Assembly: GCA_044892525.1 (NCBI GenBank)
Contig: CM097885.1
Coordinates: forward strand, 8,434,001-8,498,000
Direction of reading: 5' to 3'
Source of the DNA: Schmidtea polychroa
Taxonomy: Eukaryota
DNA length: 64,000 nucleotides
In this document: in pieces, positions 14,349 to 26,909 of the stretch
How positions within the stretch are numbered: position 1 is the first letter of the stretch
Layout: the number at the start of each line of letters is the position of its first letter
Position numbers and translations under genes: made by a program
The notes under the pieces: model-generated
What the model was told of the DNA's origin: nothing
Seen by the model: only the letters and a program-made list of their open reading frames with translations
Databases searched by the model: none

Positions 14349-14855
14349 TGTTATTATTATTATTATTATTGGTCTACAACTGATTTCGAGCCCAAGTGAT
14401 TGAATTGTGACGGAATATCATCGGAACACAACACACAGGTAACATTAAATTTAGTCAAAATCAAACACGTCCCAAACATCAATTAACCAAATAAATAGAG
14501 CTCATTCAACACAAAAATAATAAATACAAAAATAAACTAATATGAAACAAAAGCAAGAAGTACTACATGATATCCACTCAAAACACAATATAGATACACA
14601 GCAGAAGTATGCAAATTTGAATTATTGACAATGAGAAATAAGAACGGAAAGTAAAAAGATTTCCACAAAATAAAGTAAGGATAAGATATCATAGGAATGA
14701 ATTGAAAACTAGAATATTCTATAAAAATGGCGAAATTCATCATGGCCACAAGCAGCTAGTAGAAATAAAATAAAAGATAAAATTTGAACAGTTAAATTAG
14801 CAAAAATTAACCTGAAATAACATTGGAAACTAAAACAAAATAGAATATTCTAGAA

Positions 14856-17431
14856 CAGGGGTTCCCAAACTTTTACCAGTCGAGACCCACTATTTAGACC
14901 GCAAAGTTTTCGCGACCCACCTGTAAATAAAACAAGAAAAAAGCTAAAAATGTCGATTTACATATTTATTTAACACGCATATTTAAGAATAATTAATAGG
15001 ATGAATGAGATGAATGAGCCTGCTTTCTATTTTTTGCAATAACATCTTCGACATTTACTTTTATATTTGTTGTTATTAAGCGAAGTGAGTTTGATAGCTG
15101 TAATTTGTTGCGATATTTATTTTTTATTGCAATCATTGACGAAAATGCAACCTCGCATAGATAAGAAGTTGTGAAAGGAAGCAATACTTTTAACGCTGCG
15201 GTGTGTAAAGTTGGATATGTGTTTTGCACCGATAACCAAAACTGTAACAATTTCGTACCGTCAAAATGTAATTTAACAACACTATCTACGAATAGCTCAA
15301 TTAATTCCTCATCCGCTATCGTCGATATACCGGTAACTAAACCACTTTGAAATGGATTTTGAACCCATGTATATTTTTCTAGATTTTTCATTTCTCCATA
15401 GAAATAAAAATCAAAATTTTCTTTAAGTCTGTCCAAATGCTCAATTATTAAAGAAATTAAATCGTTATTGGGCGTTACTTCATTTTCAATGATAAAAGTT
15501 TGGAATGTATCAAAGCAGTCATATTTATTTTCTTGAACATTATTTTTCCACAACATAAGTTTTTTTGTAAAAGCTTTTATTTTACCATGAACCGAAAATA
15601 TATCAATTCCATTTGTTCCTTGTAATTGTAAATTTAAATCGTTCAATTTCGAAAATATATCTGCTAAATAAGTCAGCAAAACTACATATTTCACATCGCG
15701 CAAATTTGATGTGTACTCATCTTGTTTATGTTCATGTAAATATATTGCTACTTCTTCGCGAAGTTCAACAAGTCTTGTCAGGACTTTGCCTTTCGATAGC
15801 CAGCGGACTTCTGTATGCAGCAGAAGAGATTTATGTAAACTTCCCATCTCTTCGCAGAGTTTTTGAAATAATCGTGATTGTAATGGTTTGCTCTTAATAA
15901 AATTTACAATTTTTATAGCAGTGGTCAAAACAGTATTTAGACTTTTTGGTATATTTTTGGATACTAACGCTTCTCTATGAATAGTGCAGTGAGTCCACGT
16001 TGCATTTGGACATTTTTGAAGACAACGTGTCACAGCACCACACATTGCTTTTGCACCGTCGCTACATATTCCGACGCAGTTTTTCCAATCCAGTTTTTTC
16101 AATGTTATATAAGTGTCGAGCGTATCAAAAATTATTTCACCAGTTCCTCGAATGATTGGTTCACAAAATAATATGTCTTCAAAGAACTCGTTGCACCATA
16201 TAAAACGTATGAAAATAATTAGTTGGGACAAACCTTGTACATCGGTTGATTCATCCAGTTGCAACGCAAAAAGTCCACTAACTTGAATTCTATGGATAAG
16301 CTTATTTTCTACCCATTCGGACATTTCATCAATTCTACGAGCAACTGTGTTATTAGAAAGTGGAATTGATTCAACTTCTTTTAAGCTCTGCTCTCCAAAC
16401 ATAATTCCAACAGCATCTTTTATAGCTGGAAGTACTAATGACTCTCCAATAGTGTGCGGTTTACCGGATTGTGCAATTCGCAAACTAATGAGATACGAGG
16501 CGAATATAGCCTTTTCATTAATGCTGATGAAGCGAGAAAATAGATTTTTTGAATTATTTAATTCCTGTAATTTGGTTTTAAAATAATCAATAGGCTTATT
16601 TTTTAAATCGGAATGTTTCGTCTCAAAATGTCGTATTAATTTGTTAGGTCGCATACTTTCATTAGCCAGAATTTCTTGACAAATAACACACTGTGGGCGT
16701 GGATCATCTTCTTTTCTATTCCATGTAAATCCAAATTTTAGATATTCAGAATCATATTTTCTTTTGCCACGTTTTGATGATTGCGAACTTGTTGAAGGAT
16801 TCTCACCAAATTTTCTCTTATTATCTGTTTTTGTTGCTACAGAACCTTCTTTTTCTTTTTCATTTTCAATTGTTTGATTTTGCCCAGGAGTCTTTTTCAA
16901 CCACTTATCCATCGCAGCAATGGTTCTTTAAAAATAAGAATATTAAGAACTTTATTTATTACATGAAATACTATAGCACTAAATTTAAAAAATACTTACA
17001 TTTGATTTTAAATTATGTTTTTTTATTAACGAAACACTTTTATTAACAATATATATAAACTTTTTTATTAACAACACAACACCGTACTTAGTCCAAAACA
17101 AAATTTGCACTGGTTGTCTGAATATTTAAAGTTTGTAATCCTAAATTTCTAATTAACCGTTATTTGTGTTTGGTTGCCTGGTTAAAATGTAGAAAAGTGG
17201 TTGCTATGATGCGATTATTAAAAACAAGTTCTAAATACAAAGATTTGCTAAAAAGAAGTTTAATTTTTAAACCACCTAAAAATATGCAATAATTTTTTGT
17301 CGCAAACCTACTTATATATAAATATTGTGACAAGTTAAGTAAAAGCAAATTAATATGCTCAGTAATACAAATATTAAATTTTTGGCGACACACCGAAAAT
17401 AGCTTCGCGACCCACACTTTGGGAACCGCTG
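14856..17431 (-). mobile_element. Full-length Buster/Charlie-type hAT transposon (2,576 bp)
   Basis: TIRs CAGGGGTTCCCAAA / TTTGGGAACCGCTG, with an exact 8-bp TSD TTCTAGAA (central TA) at 14848-14855 and 17432-17439. Subterminal cg(c/a)gacccac motifs are present. Confidence 0.95.
14993..16912 (-). CDS. hAT transposase (Buster / ZBED5 / SCAND3-like), 639 aa, uninterrupted
   Basis: BED finger CVIC..RHFETKH; QLDESTD; CSDGA; HCTIHREAL; HTEVRWLS; TTSYLCEVAFS. Confidence 0.93.
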   Translation of the reverse strand: MDKWLKKTPGQNQTIENEKEKEGSVATKTDNKRKFGENPSTSSQSSKRGKRKYDSEYLKFGFTWNRKEDDPRPQCVICQEILANESMRPNKLIRHFETKHSDLKNKPIDYFKTKLQELNNSKNLFSRFISINEKAIFASYLISLRIAQSGKPHTIGESLVLPAIKDAVGIMFGEQSLKEVESIPLSNNTVARRIDEMSEWVENKLIHRIQVSGLFALQLDESTDVQGLSQLIIFIRFIWCNEFFEDILFCEPIIRGTGEIIFDTLDTYITLKKLDWKNCVGICSDGAKAMCGAVTRCLQKCPNATWTHCTIHREALVSKNIPKSLNTVLTTAIKIVNFIKSKPLQSRLFQKLCEEMGSLHKSLLLHTEVRWLSKGKVLTRLVELREEVAIYLHEHKQDEYTSNLRDVKYVVLLTYLADIFSKLNDLNLQLQGTNGIDIFSVHGKIKAFTKKLMLWKNNVQENKYDCFDTFQTFIIENEVTPNNDLISLIIEHLDRLKENFDFYFYGEMKNLEKYTWVQNPFQSGLVTGISTIADEELIELFVDSVVKLHFDGTKLLQFWLSVQNTYPTLHTAALKVLLPFTTSYLCEVAFSSMIAIKNKYRNKLQLSNSLRLITTNIKVNVEDVIAKNRKQAHSSHSSY

Positions 17432-20400
17432 TTCTAGAAAACGTCATTATCCATCATGGTGGCGATATTAATTAGAAATAAATAAAATATATTAACTAGA
17501 AAACAAAATAAATAATAAATTACGAAAAATCGCCACCAAAATTGATAAAAATTAAGATTTAAAATTATGTAGAATAAAAACAATTCAAATTTTTTTTACT
17601 GAATCAGTACGCCCACACATTCTCGCACACCAAAATTTAAGTATATATACCGACGCATTTTCAGTCACAATTTTATCGATTTTTGAGTTTCAACTACAAT
17701 CTTTTGCAAACGAATCTAACCGCGTTAGATGTTCGTAAGTGGGTATACAACTAACACACGCTTATCTTGATCTGACTCCAAAGATCGGTACTCGCAATTA
17801 GAAGCGCAACTAACTTCTCGTATTAGTATTTATTTATAAAAATTATAAATACAAAATATGATTTACAATTGTCAATAAACTTGATACCCAAATAAAAACT
17901 TGTCGCAGCTAGGAAAAGTTATCGGTTACACAAACCGTTCTCAGGTATTTCAAAGACGGTGAATGCAGGATCGTAATTGATCAACAGCACCGCTCAACGA
18001 TGAAAGGTAAATGACAAGGGATGCCCGAAGTTTAGGGAGAATGATTACTACACAGAATTTGGTAGTAGCGTTTTCCTAAATATTTAATGAGTTTATACAG
18101 GCAAACAGTTCCTCTCTCTCGAAAATTGATGCTTAAATAATTAAGGCTTTTTACCGTGCAAGGTACAACTGTTACAATTGGTCTATCAATAACTTGATGA
18201 CCTACTTCGGTTTTCTCTTTGCAAAAATGGTTTTTTTCAATAATTTTGTTTTTACTTTGAATCGTCTGGAGTTATATTTTTTCTCAAAAATTAATCGGTC
18301 TTTCAGTTGATCACACTCCTTTAAATATGGAAATTTTAATCTCCAGCTGTCTCTTTAAATTAAATTAATCTTTTCCTTATGTTGGGTGTGCTCCTCACAA
18401 CTGATGCAACTAGGGATTGCCTTTACCATTGATTTTGCTTCTACCAAGCACCGAAGATGACTTATCGACATATTCCCTCCTGTGTACCAATGACAACGAG
18501 TCATGTTGGTGTTGTACACCGAGGTTGGAACCTGTGAGCAGGTGAGCTCTATTGCTAAAACTAATCCCCACAGTGTTCGCGGTTCGGGTTCTAAAATGCC
18601 ATAGTAGGACTTACATCAATCATCAATTTGCCTCTGGTCCAGGTGAGGTCTTTTCGATTTGTCTATATGGTTACAATACAGTCTTTAGAGCAATTAATTG
18701 ATGATTCAACAAACAATTTCGCGTTTTAACATACATTATATTTAATCCCGTTCTAAATACATCAGACAAAACAACAAAAATTGAACACATAACAAATTTA
18801 CACCGAAACACATGATCACAAATAGTTCCATCTCTCCTATTCTACTCTTTTATTTGGTCATTTCCCCCTTACTTAAATCCTATTTTTGTCATTTTATATG
18901 ATTTTTGGGTCCCACCCAGCTATCAGCCCAAAACATAGATTTCGCAAAGTGTACAATCAAAATTGCCTAATTCAATGGCATTTACAAAATCAATCTGCAG
19001 CGTTGCTATACTCTTGGTTTCAAGCTGTTGCTAAAAAAAATTTTTCTCTCTGATTCTAAAATTCTGACTGTTTAAATATATAATTCTAAATTAAAAGTGC
19101 ATTGAAAATTACTTTTTTATTTATCAATTACTAATTATAGTAATTTAATATTTATTTATTACTATTTATATTCATTTATCTGTATGAGACCTATAGTATT
19201 TATTTTATACTATTAATATTTTTCATTATTGACCCGTCTGTGCAAGCCCCAAACGAGTCCAGACCCAACCCTAACATATAGGTAGATCGGGAACTGCGAA
19301 AAGCTTTTGGTTTGCTCGTAGTTCCAAGGTCTAAATGCACAATACTAAGGGTCCAGTGGACCATGTGTGATAAACATTTTTCAAATTTCTGTAATTTAAC
19401 AAACTAATAACGCAGAGAAAACAGAACTAACTTTACATCCAATCTACACTCTTATGAAATATGACACTAAGAGTTCGTTCCCCCAATGTCCAGTGGGCTA
19501 TGGGTAACGAGCATTTAAACTATGTTAGACTTAAATTTCTAATAAAATGTATAAGCAACATCCAAGTACTACTAATCATAAAAGTCGAAGTCAGAGGTCG
19601 GATCATTAGGCTTACCAGATAAAAATAATGGCTGAGGGAAAAGAGTATCTAGACGAATTAATTTTAATCATTTAAGTTTCCTTACATGAAAAGACAAAAA
19701 CTAGCTATTTATTAAAACTAATAATTTATTCCTCACCCAGTAAAATGTCAAACATACCACATAAAAAGATTTCAATAGATATTCGTTGTGTCATGATCAT
19801 CATGAGTTCTATAGTGTTCCGGGAGTATATTCTTTTACGGATCATATATGCCCGATTTGAGTCCCTTTATAATGGAAATTACGGCAAATCGTTTGTATTT
19901 ACAATTACCCAAACATACATAATTAATTAAAATAAAATTTAAAATTTATTAAAAAATCATAAATAAAACGAAATGCGAAGAATTGAACAATATATTATAG
20001 TATAATAATGATACCATCGTAATACATCATGATCCAAGAAGTTTTTATCCATCCCAGTGTGAAGATGGAAAATTAAGATGACTATAATTGGCAACACGAG
20101 AAAATTTCCAAATTAGTCGCAAAGATTTATTAAAATGTAACCACGATTAGCGTCAAACTCAAATATCTAATCGATCCATTAACGGAAGCACGAACGATGT
20201 GATATATGTGCAGGTGTAGATTAGCAGCAAATTACTGTCGGTGGGATTTGAGAGTTGAGAGTCAATAATGTATAATTAATTTATTTTGAATGTTGATTCT
20301 AGGTTATTAAAATAAATTATTTACCATAATATTATAAATCGATATAAATACAAATTAGAAATAGTAAAACAAGATAGTCAATTTTAGGTAAAATTATTTG

Positions 20401-22304
20401 TAAAGTTAATTAGAATTTTAATCCTTACATGTAAATTCTAATATAACATAAAATTAATAATATAATAAAATAAAGGCGGATCCAAATCAAAATTTCTTAA
20501 GGGTAATTTTTAACTTTAAATTTAAGAAAATTCATGAATAACTTCAATTTCAACTTAAATGAATTGATGAAATAAGGGCCATATCCTGCAAAAAATTTTA
20601 AACTTTAATTTTAATGTAATGCATGGATGTAACAAGGGCGAATCCCGCCTAAAGTGTAAATAGGATGACATGAATGGATTGATTGTTTTTATACCGGCGA
20701 TGAAATCGAAGGTAACTGAGTGCCACGCTCACCTAAGATGACGTGTCGTCTAAAAAGTTTAAATATCATTAGACACCCAAATAGTAAGAAGTTTATCGGA
20801 CATCACGATATAGAGAGTTGTGCTCACGACAGTACACAGCTGGACAGGGAATAACCCATGGACAAGGGACAGAAAATTCGCTCGCAGTCGACACACATAC
20901 AACCTGATATAAGGACCCGATCGAGAATGGTAGTCTGATTCTAACAAATGTCGAACTCGATCCATTATCCCTAGTGGAGAAATAATCAGGAAGAGGAACA
21001 CCATCAGTCGGCGGCTATCGAGCGTCTCAGCTGGAAAGATCATGTAAACCAGATACGTTGCGAACGGATTAGCCCGCAACACATGGTTGAGGCATGGAAC
21101 AGTGGCTTCAGAATCGAGAAGACGAATCGCACTGAGAGTTTTTTACCCCCAAGCCACAACGTTCCGACCAATGCTCAATTGTCGTGCTGGTCAGTCTTGC
21201 TGGAACGCAAGAGGTTAACGACATCAACCAGACCTTCGCAAGGTTGAGACGTATTGAAGAGAAAATTGAGCTGGACATCTTTGCCAATTCCTACGGCGAA
21301 CATCTGTGGCCACAATGAGGAGTGGCAGATGAATCTGGCCAAATTGTAAAATCGATACGTGAAAACTCCGATCTCTGTTTCTTGGAGACTCGAGGAACTC
21401 CCACGGACGAGGAACTCGGGACGAAGCCATCCCTCTAGATAGCGTTCCAGGATAATGACATTTAGAGTTTGTTTCATTCAATAGATGATTTTGTCACATG
21501 CATTCTTCATGCATTCTTCTGTCATTAATGAAGACATTCGAGTAAAGCATCATACTCCTTTAGCCGTAACGCTTTCAAGTTCCACTTAATCCAAAAATAA
21601 ATTGATTGGTGAATTCATTCTACTGCCTTCTACACGGGTTCGAATGAACACTGTTGTTGGGGTTGAATCTGTTTGGCGAATAAACTGATTTTTATTCCTT
21701 TTTAAAATATAATATGAAATTAATAATATTTAATTTAAATATACAATCCAGACAAGAACTTCAATTATTAAATGATGATAAATCTATTTTAGAATTGTAA
21801 AATGAAATAAGTAGTAAATTACCTTAAATAATAGGTGTAGTGATTTTTGATTGGGTGTGTTGTTGGCTCTCCCGATTTTCTTTTGAGTAGTTGGTGTGGT
21901 GGTTTTTGATTGGACTATTTTCATCTCTATCCTTCGTCCAATAACTCGATAGTTAAAATCGAAATAATTTTTTGTATAATATAATCCCATTCTTAGATTT
22001 ATTGATTCAATTATAATTAGTAATGGGTTTCTGTGACAAAAAGTAGAGATAGTTAATATGATTTTCTTTCTGAGCCAAAAGTAATTTGTTGAACGAAATT
22101 AGAAATCCTTATAAAATGAGTCTCTGAAAATTGAAAATAAATTAGATAATAAGTAATAAATTGAATTACTTCGGCGAAAGTCGAAGTCAATTACTTCAAA
22201 ATACTTCATATATTTCATTTGTAAATGAAATTAATATATATATTTGGTAAGGTTGCTCTCGTCGATAAAGTGAATTAAGTTCGAGTCTCTCAGAGACATC
22301 GCCA

Positions 22305-22375
<71 letters not shown>

Positions 22376-22422
22376 CATTATTAGTATTATTGTTATTATT
22401 ATTGTTATTATCGTTATTATTG

Positions 22423-22460
<38 letters not shown>

Positions 22461-22510
22461 CATCATTATTAGTATTATTGTTATTATTATTGTTATTATC
22501 GTTATTATTG

Positions 22511-22569
<59 letters not shown>

Positions 22570-22570
<1 letters not shown>

Positions 22571-23608
22571 GTTGAGGTCTGTAAATTAAAATTAAAAATT
22601 TAAATAAAATTTAGGATAATAATTCAAATGGAAAGTAAGCGAGGAAAAAAGGCAAATAAAAGCGGGATCGTGCACAGAATTAATAGTAAAGGAAAGTGCG
22701 ATGAAAACAGTATTAGAAAATGCAAAAAGCAATTACGAAAGGCGAGAATCCGGAAATCCGAGAAAAATCAATAAAGGGAAAAATCATCGAAATCGAATGG
22801 GAAAAACGGGACAGGTATAAATTAGCTAATGGTCAACAAGATGACGGTTAGGGAGTTATCAGAAAAGGGTTAGAAAGGGTCGAAAAACATTCAAACGTAT
22901 GAAAACAGAAAACGTTAATTAATTAATTAATTGGCTAATGGGAAATCCGAGCCAATGGAGAACCCGAGAGATAAAGGAAACCCAAGCTGGGTAAACAAGA
23001 AGAAAGGCAAACAAAAGGAAGATTTGGGCCCATTAGCTTGACACAATGATTAATGGGAAAAGAGTAAGGAGAAGATAGCGCGCGTAGGAAGACCGGTAGG
23101 GCCATTAATTATCTGGATTCGTTGGACCATTATGGGTGACAGCCGAAGCAAACACGTAGGAGAAAATGTCAAACGAAAGATTGGCTCGGCAATAACCATT
23201 TGTCATCCTGATTTCGAGGAGTATATAAGCAAAAGGAAAATCAGAGAAAATCGGCATTCTGCCTCAGCTAGGGTTCGAAGAATTAGACGGTAGGAAAAGT
23301 GGTAAACGAATTAGGGAAGTAGGGAAAAGAAGAAATAGAATTAAGAATACGAAAAGGCGAAAAGGGATCAAACCAAACAGAAACCGAGGAAAACGAGAGT
23401 CAACAGAACTAAAGGATCAAAAGGTGAATATTGTTTGTTTGCAAAGCATCAACGCCGAGCAGAGAATCGTATAAAACTTTGATTGGTAATTGTAGCGTGA
23501 TAATAAATTGTGAACCTGTTGTTTCAATATACGTTGGGTCGTTCACTGTTTTGATTTAAAGAACACTAGGAGTCAGAGAGAACCGACTTGAAATAATCCA
23601 AAACCCAA

Positions 23609-23610
<2 letters not shown>
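22570..23610 (+). mobile_element. Solo LTR (~1,041 bp) inserted in a (TTA)n microsatellite
   Basis: TGTTG...CAACA termini, TATA-like gtatataag at 23221 and AATAAA at ~23502. It shares gggaaa(t/c)ccgag and ggagtcaga...accgactt with the next LTR. Confidence 0.7.
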
Positions 23611-23641
<31 letters not shown>

Positions 23642-23697
23642 TGTATTGGTAAAGTAGACTTATTATATACATGCAGATTCGAGGTCGAATCTAAATT

Positions 23698-24462
23698 AAA
23701 GGGGGAGATATGTTGGGGTTCAACAAGAGAGGCACAAAAATGAGGTGAAAATTGACAAAAACACCAAATTCAAAATAAAAATTTAAAGTACAAAATATTA
23801 ATTAAAAATCAAAAATTTTAAAAAATGAATATTTTCTGGGGGAAACTGGTATGGGCGGATGCTAAATAATGAGACGAGTTCAGCTATAATAAAATAAAAT
23901 CAATGGGGGGGGTCCCTAAAAGGAATAAATTACAAAAAACAAAAATTAATTAACTAATGGAAAACCCGAGCTAATGGGAAACCCGAGGCAATGGGAAACC
24001 CGAGCGAATTGAGAAATCCAATTTTGGAAGGCAATTAATTTAGCTGGATAAAATAAAAGTAATAAGAGCCGTCAAAGAAAATGAGCCAATTCCCTTAAAT
24101 TGAATTAGACCTCCAAGAGGAAGCCCGGGGGGAAATAAGACCAAAAATAATTGGCAAAAATAAAGTCAATTACCAAGTGGGTATAAAAGCAACTGGCAAG
24201 AAAACAAAACTGCCAGTTCGTCGAAGAAAATAAAGTCGAAGTAACGAGCGCGAAAAAGGAAATATTAAAGTTGAGATTTGTTGGCAATTTGAAAAGTGCA
24301 GACAAACCGGATTGTGTCAAGTGTGAGAAAACTAATAAAAAGTGTAAAAGTGTAACTGCATCAGTGTTAATAAAGATTTTGTGTTGGGTTATTTATTTAT
24401 TTATTTGGAAAAGAACACAAAGGAGTCAGACCGTAGTACCGACTTACATCAAAAACCCAACA
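23698..24462 (+). mobile_element. 3' LTR (23711-24462) with polypurine tract; truncated LTR retrotransposon
   Basis: PPT aaagggggagata directly precedes TGTTGGGG, and the LTR ends CCCAACA. It has a TATA box gtataaaag at 24181 and cuts the hAT ORF on its right. Confidence 0.75.
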
Positions 24463-25165
24463 CTATCAATGTTGATTTTTGGCTTATAGTGGTTGACTCA
24501 TCAATCATTACTGAAATCTTAATCTTTGATTTCACTACTTCTGCAACCATATTTTCCCTCATTTCGTTACCTATATGATTGACAATATTAATGCATGCAT
24601 TTATAGAATGAAGAATGCGACCCATTTCAACTCCGTTCATTTCTTGTAGATCAATTTCCATTTCAAAGTTAATAAAGAATCGATTTACTTTTTCTGCTTT
24701 ATATGAAGTTCGAAAAATGTTTGCTGTTACAAATTTCTCACGCGTTAAAGACTTTAAAATAATTTTCTCAAGAGTCTTCTTTTCAGCTTCTGCAACCATC
24801 TTTAATGCAGCTTGATATCCAGCCGATTCTTTGTGATCAAAAATTTTCTTTCGCAGCGACCTCAGATGTTGCTTTCTATCTTCGCCATAATAAGATATTT
24901 CATTATTCGTCCATTATTGAGATATTTTCATTCCCATCTTGGCTTCTACTTTTCGGCAAATGGTGCAGCCAAGCTTCTTTTCTCGAAAGCAGGGGCACAA
25001 AAATCTGTTTTTTGCTCTAATGTCTACCAACTTTGCCAGTCTTCATTGGTGTAATCGTCTGCAGAAAGGAAATCCGACGTCGAAATTTCGATTTCTTCTG
25101 TACTTGATCTGATTTTTTTCTTAACCGGAGAGCCAGTCGAGAAGAAGCTGATGATTTTTTTCATT
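24463..25165 (-). pseudogene. hAT transposase remnant (ZNF862-like), interrupted by the LTR
   Basis: Reads MEIDLQEMNGVEMGRILHS..ACINIVNHIGNEM..KISVMIDESTTISQKSTLIV, then runs into LTR sequence. Confidence 0.7.
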
Positions 25166-25505
25166 TTCAAATTTAATATTTTAAATATAATTTCTAAAAT
25201 ATATATATTAATTTACCACTAAATTTACAACGTCGATAATAGGAAACGATTATAAATGATGACATATTTACTATGAGCGCGTTTTATATAATACCACAGA
25301 GAAAGCACAGAGTTTGCTGGCATAGACCGCCGCATATATTAGATAGTTCGGCCAGCGGAAGTTTACTGGGCACCATTTGTAATTGATATATATATCTTTT
25401 ATAATACGACTAAAAACACAAAAAATGTAAATTTTGCAAATTATGTTTTAAATAATAACGAAATAAGGTGCAGGAACACTATATATTAGAATAGACATAA
25501 AAATA

Positions 25506-26905
25506 TGTTAGACTTACTAAGATACCGAATTAAATATGAAATCGCTTAAAATTTATTATAGTAATATAGCTAACTTAGAATTTGGGAATAGAATTAATTA
25601 AAACCTAGGCTAAGTATAATAAGAGATAAGAGCAACTACAAGGTAACCAGAGAAAAGTAGATATTGGACAGCGCAGTCATTAGTGTAATTCTTTCCTTGG
25701 TGTGTAAATAATGAAATTACACTAAGAGCCAAATTATAGGAAATTGATTATCGGTGAAAGAACCTAGATGAAAGACGGACACAGTCCTTCTATCGGCTAT
25801 CCGCGGACTCGCTCAACTACCTGACAATTATAGTATTGTTGAGGATACCTAAATAACAATTTATAAAGAAATAAATAAAATTACCTGGGGAAGATCGCCA
25901 TGACAAACGGGACGATCTATAGAAACTCAGAAAAGAAAACGGAAGTGAAAAGAAATTAAAAATGAGAAAGAGAAAGGAAACAAAAGTTATCAAACAGGAA
26001 AACAAAATTCAAGGTCAGTACTAATTAATTAGTACAGAAAGGAAAAGGAATTTTGAAATCGGGGAAAAAGGAAAACAACAATATCCTTATCTCGACAGCT
26101 TGCCAGTGATAATAGAATTGATGGGAGAAGGCGGTCAAACAAAGAAAAGGGAAAGGAAAAAACAACTTGACAGCTGTCAGAGATAAAAATGGGACAGTCG
26201 GGGAAAGCAGGAGAAGGAAAGTGGAAAAACACTTGATTATCTGGAGTGCCACAAGAGAAGCGAACTATATAAGGGAAAACTGGTGAACATGAAAAGAGAA
26301 CAAAGAGAGAAGAAAAATTAGAGACAAAGTGACGCGAAATTTAAAACGATTTGGAAGATGATTTGAGAGACAATTTGAGAGACGATTTGAGATACGATTT
26401 GAGATACGATTTGAGAGACGATTTGAGAGACGATTTGAGAGAGAAAATTATTGGAGAAAATTAGACGTTGGACGAAACGTTGTTGGACAAACGATTGTCA
26501 AAAATAATTGTAAAGGAAATAATTGTGGAAAATAATTATTGGAGAAGAGTTGAAGAAAAGAATTAGTTGAATAAGAAAACGAAAAGAAATTATCTGATTA
26601 TTTGAATAAAGTTTGGAAGAGAGTCAAAGAAAACAACCAGCTCAAAATCCCAGTTTAGAAACCAATCAGTAATTTGTGATCTTTTAATCCGATGTTATAC
26701 AGAAGTGCTATTCCTCACCGAGTGTTGTAATAAGCATTGTATAGTCTCCAAGCAGAGTGGTGAATTTATTGCCAGTGTAAAGAGAAAGATAATTTGTGAT
26801 TAGCAATAAAAATTTCTGTTGTCAAGTGTTATTTGTGAATCGTATAAAGACACGCTTGTAGTCAGAGTAACATTTAAAAATTATCACCAACACAATAACC
26901 CAACA
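25506..26905 (+). mobile_element. Probable long solo LTR with an internal 12-bp tandem repeat
   Basis: TGTT...CAACA, ctatataag at ~26265, (gatttgaga(g/t)ac)n at 26349-26445 and AATAAA at ~26805. No TSD was confirmed. Confidence 0.45.
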
Positions 26906-26909
26906 GTAT

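Noticed and set aside
15613..17046. Short plus-strand ORFs opposite the hAT transposase (similarly 41290-41571, 44871-45086, 58619-58981)
   Set aside because: These are antisense shadows of real genes with no recognisable motifs.
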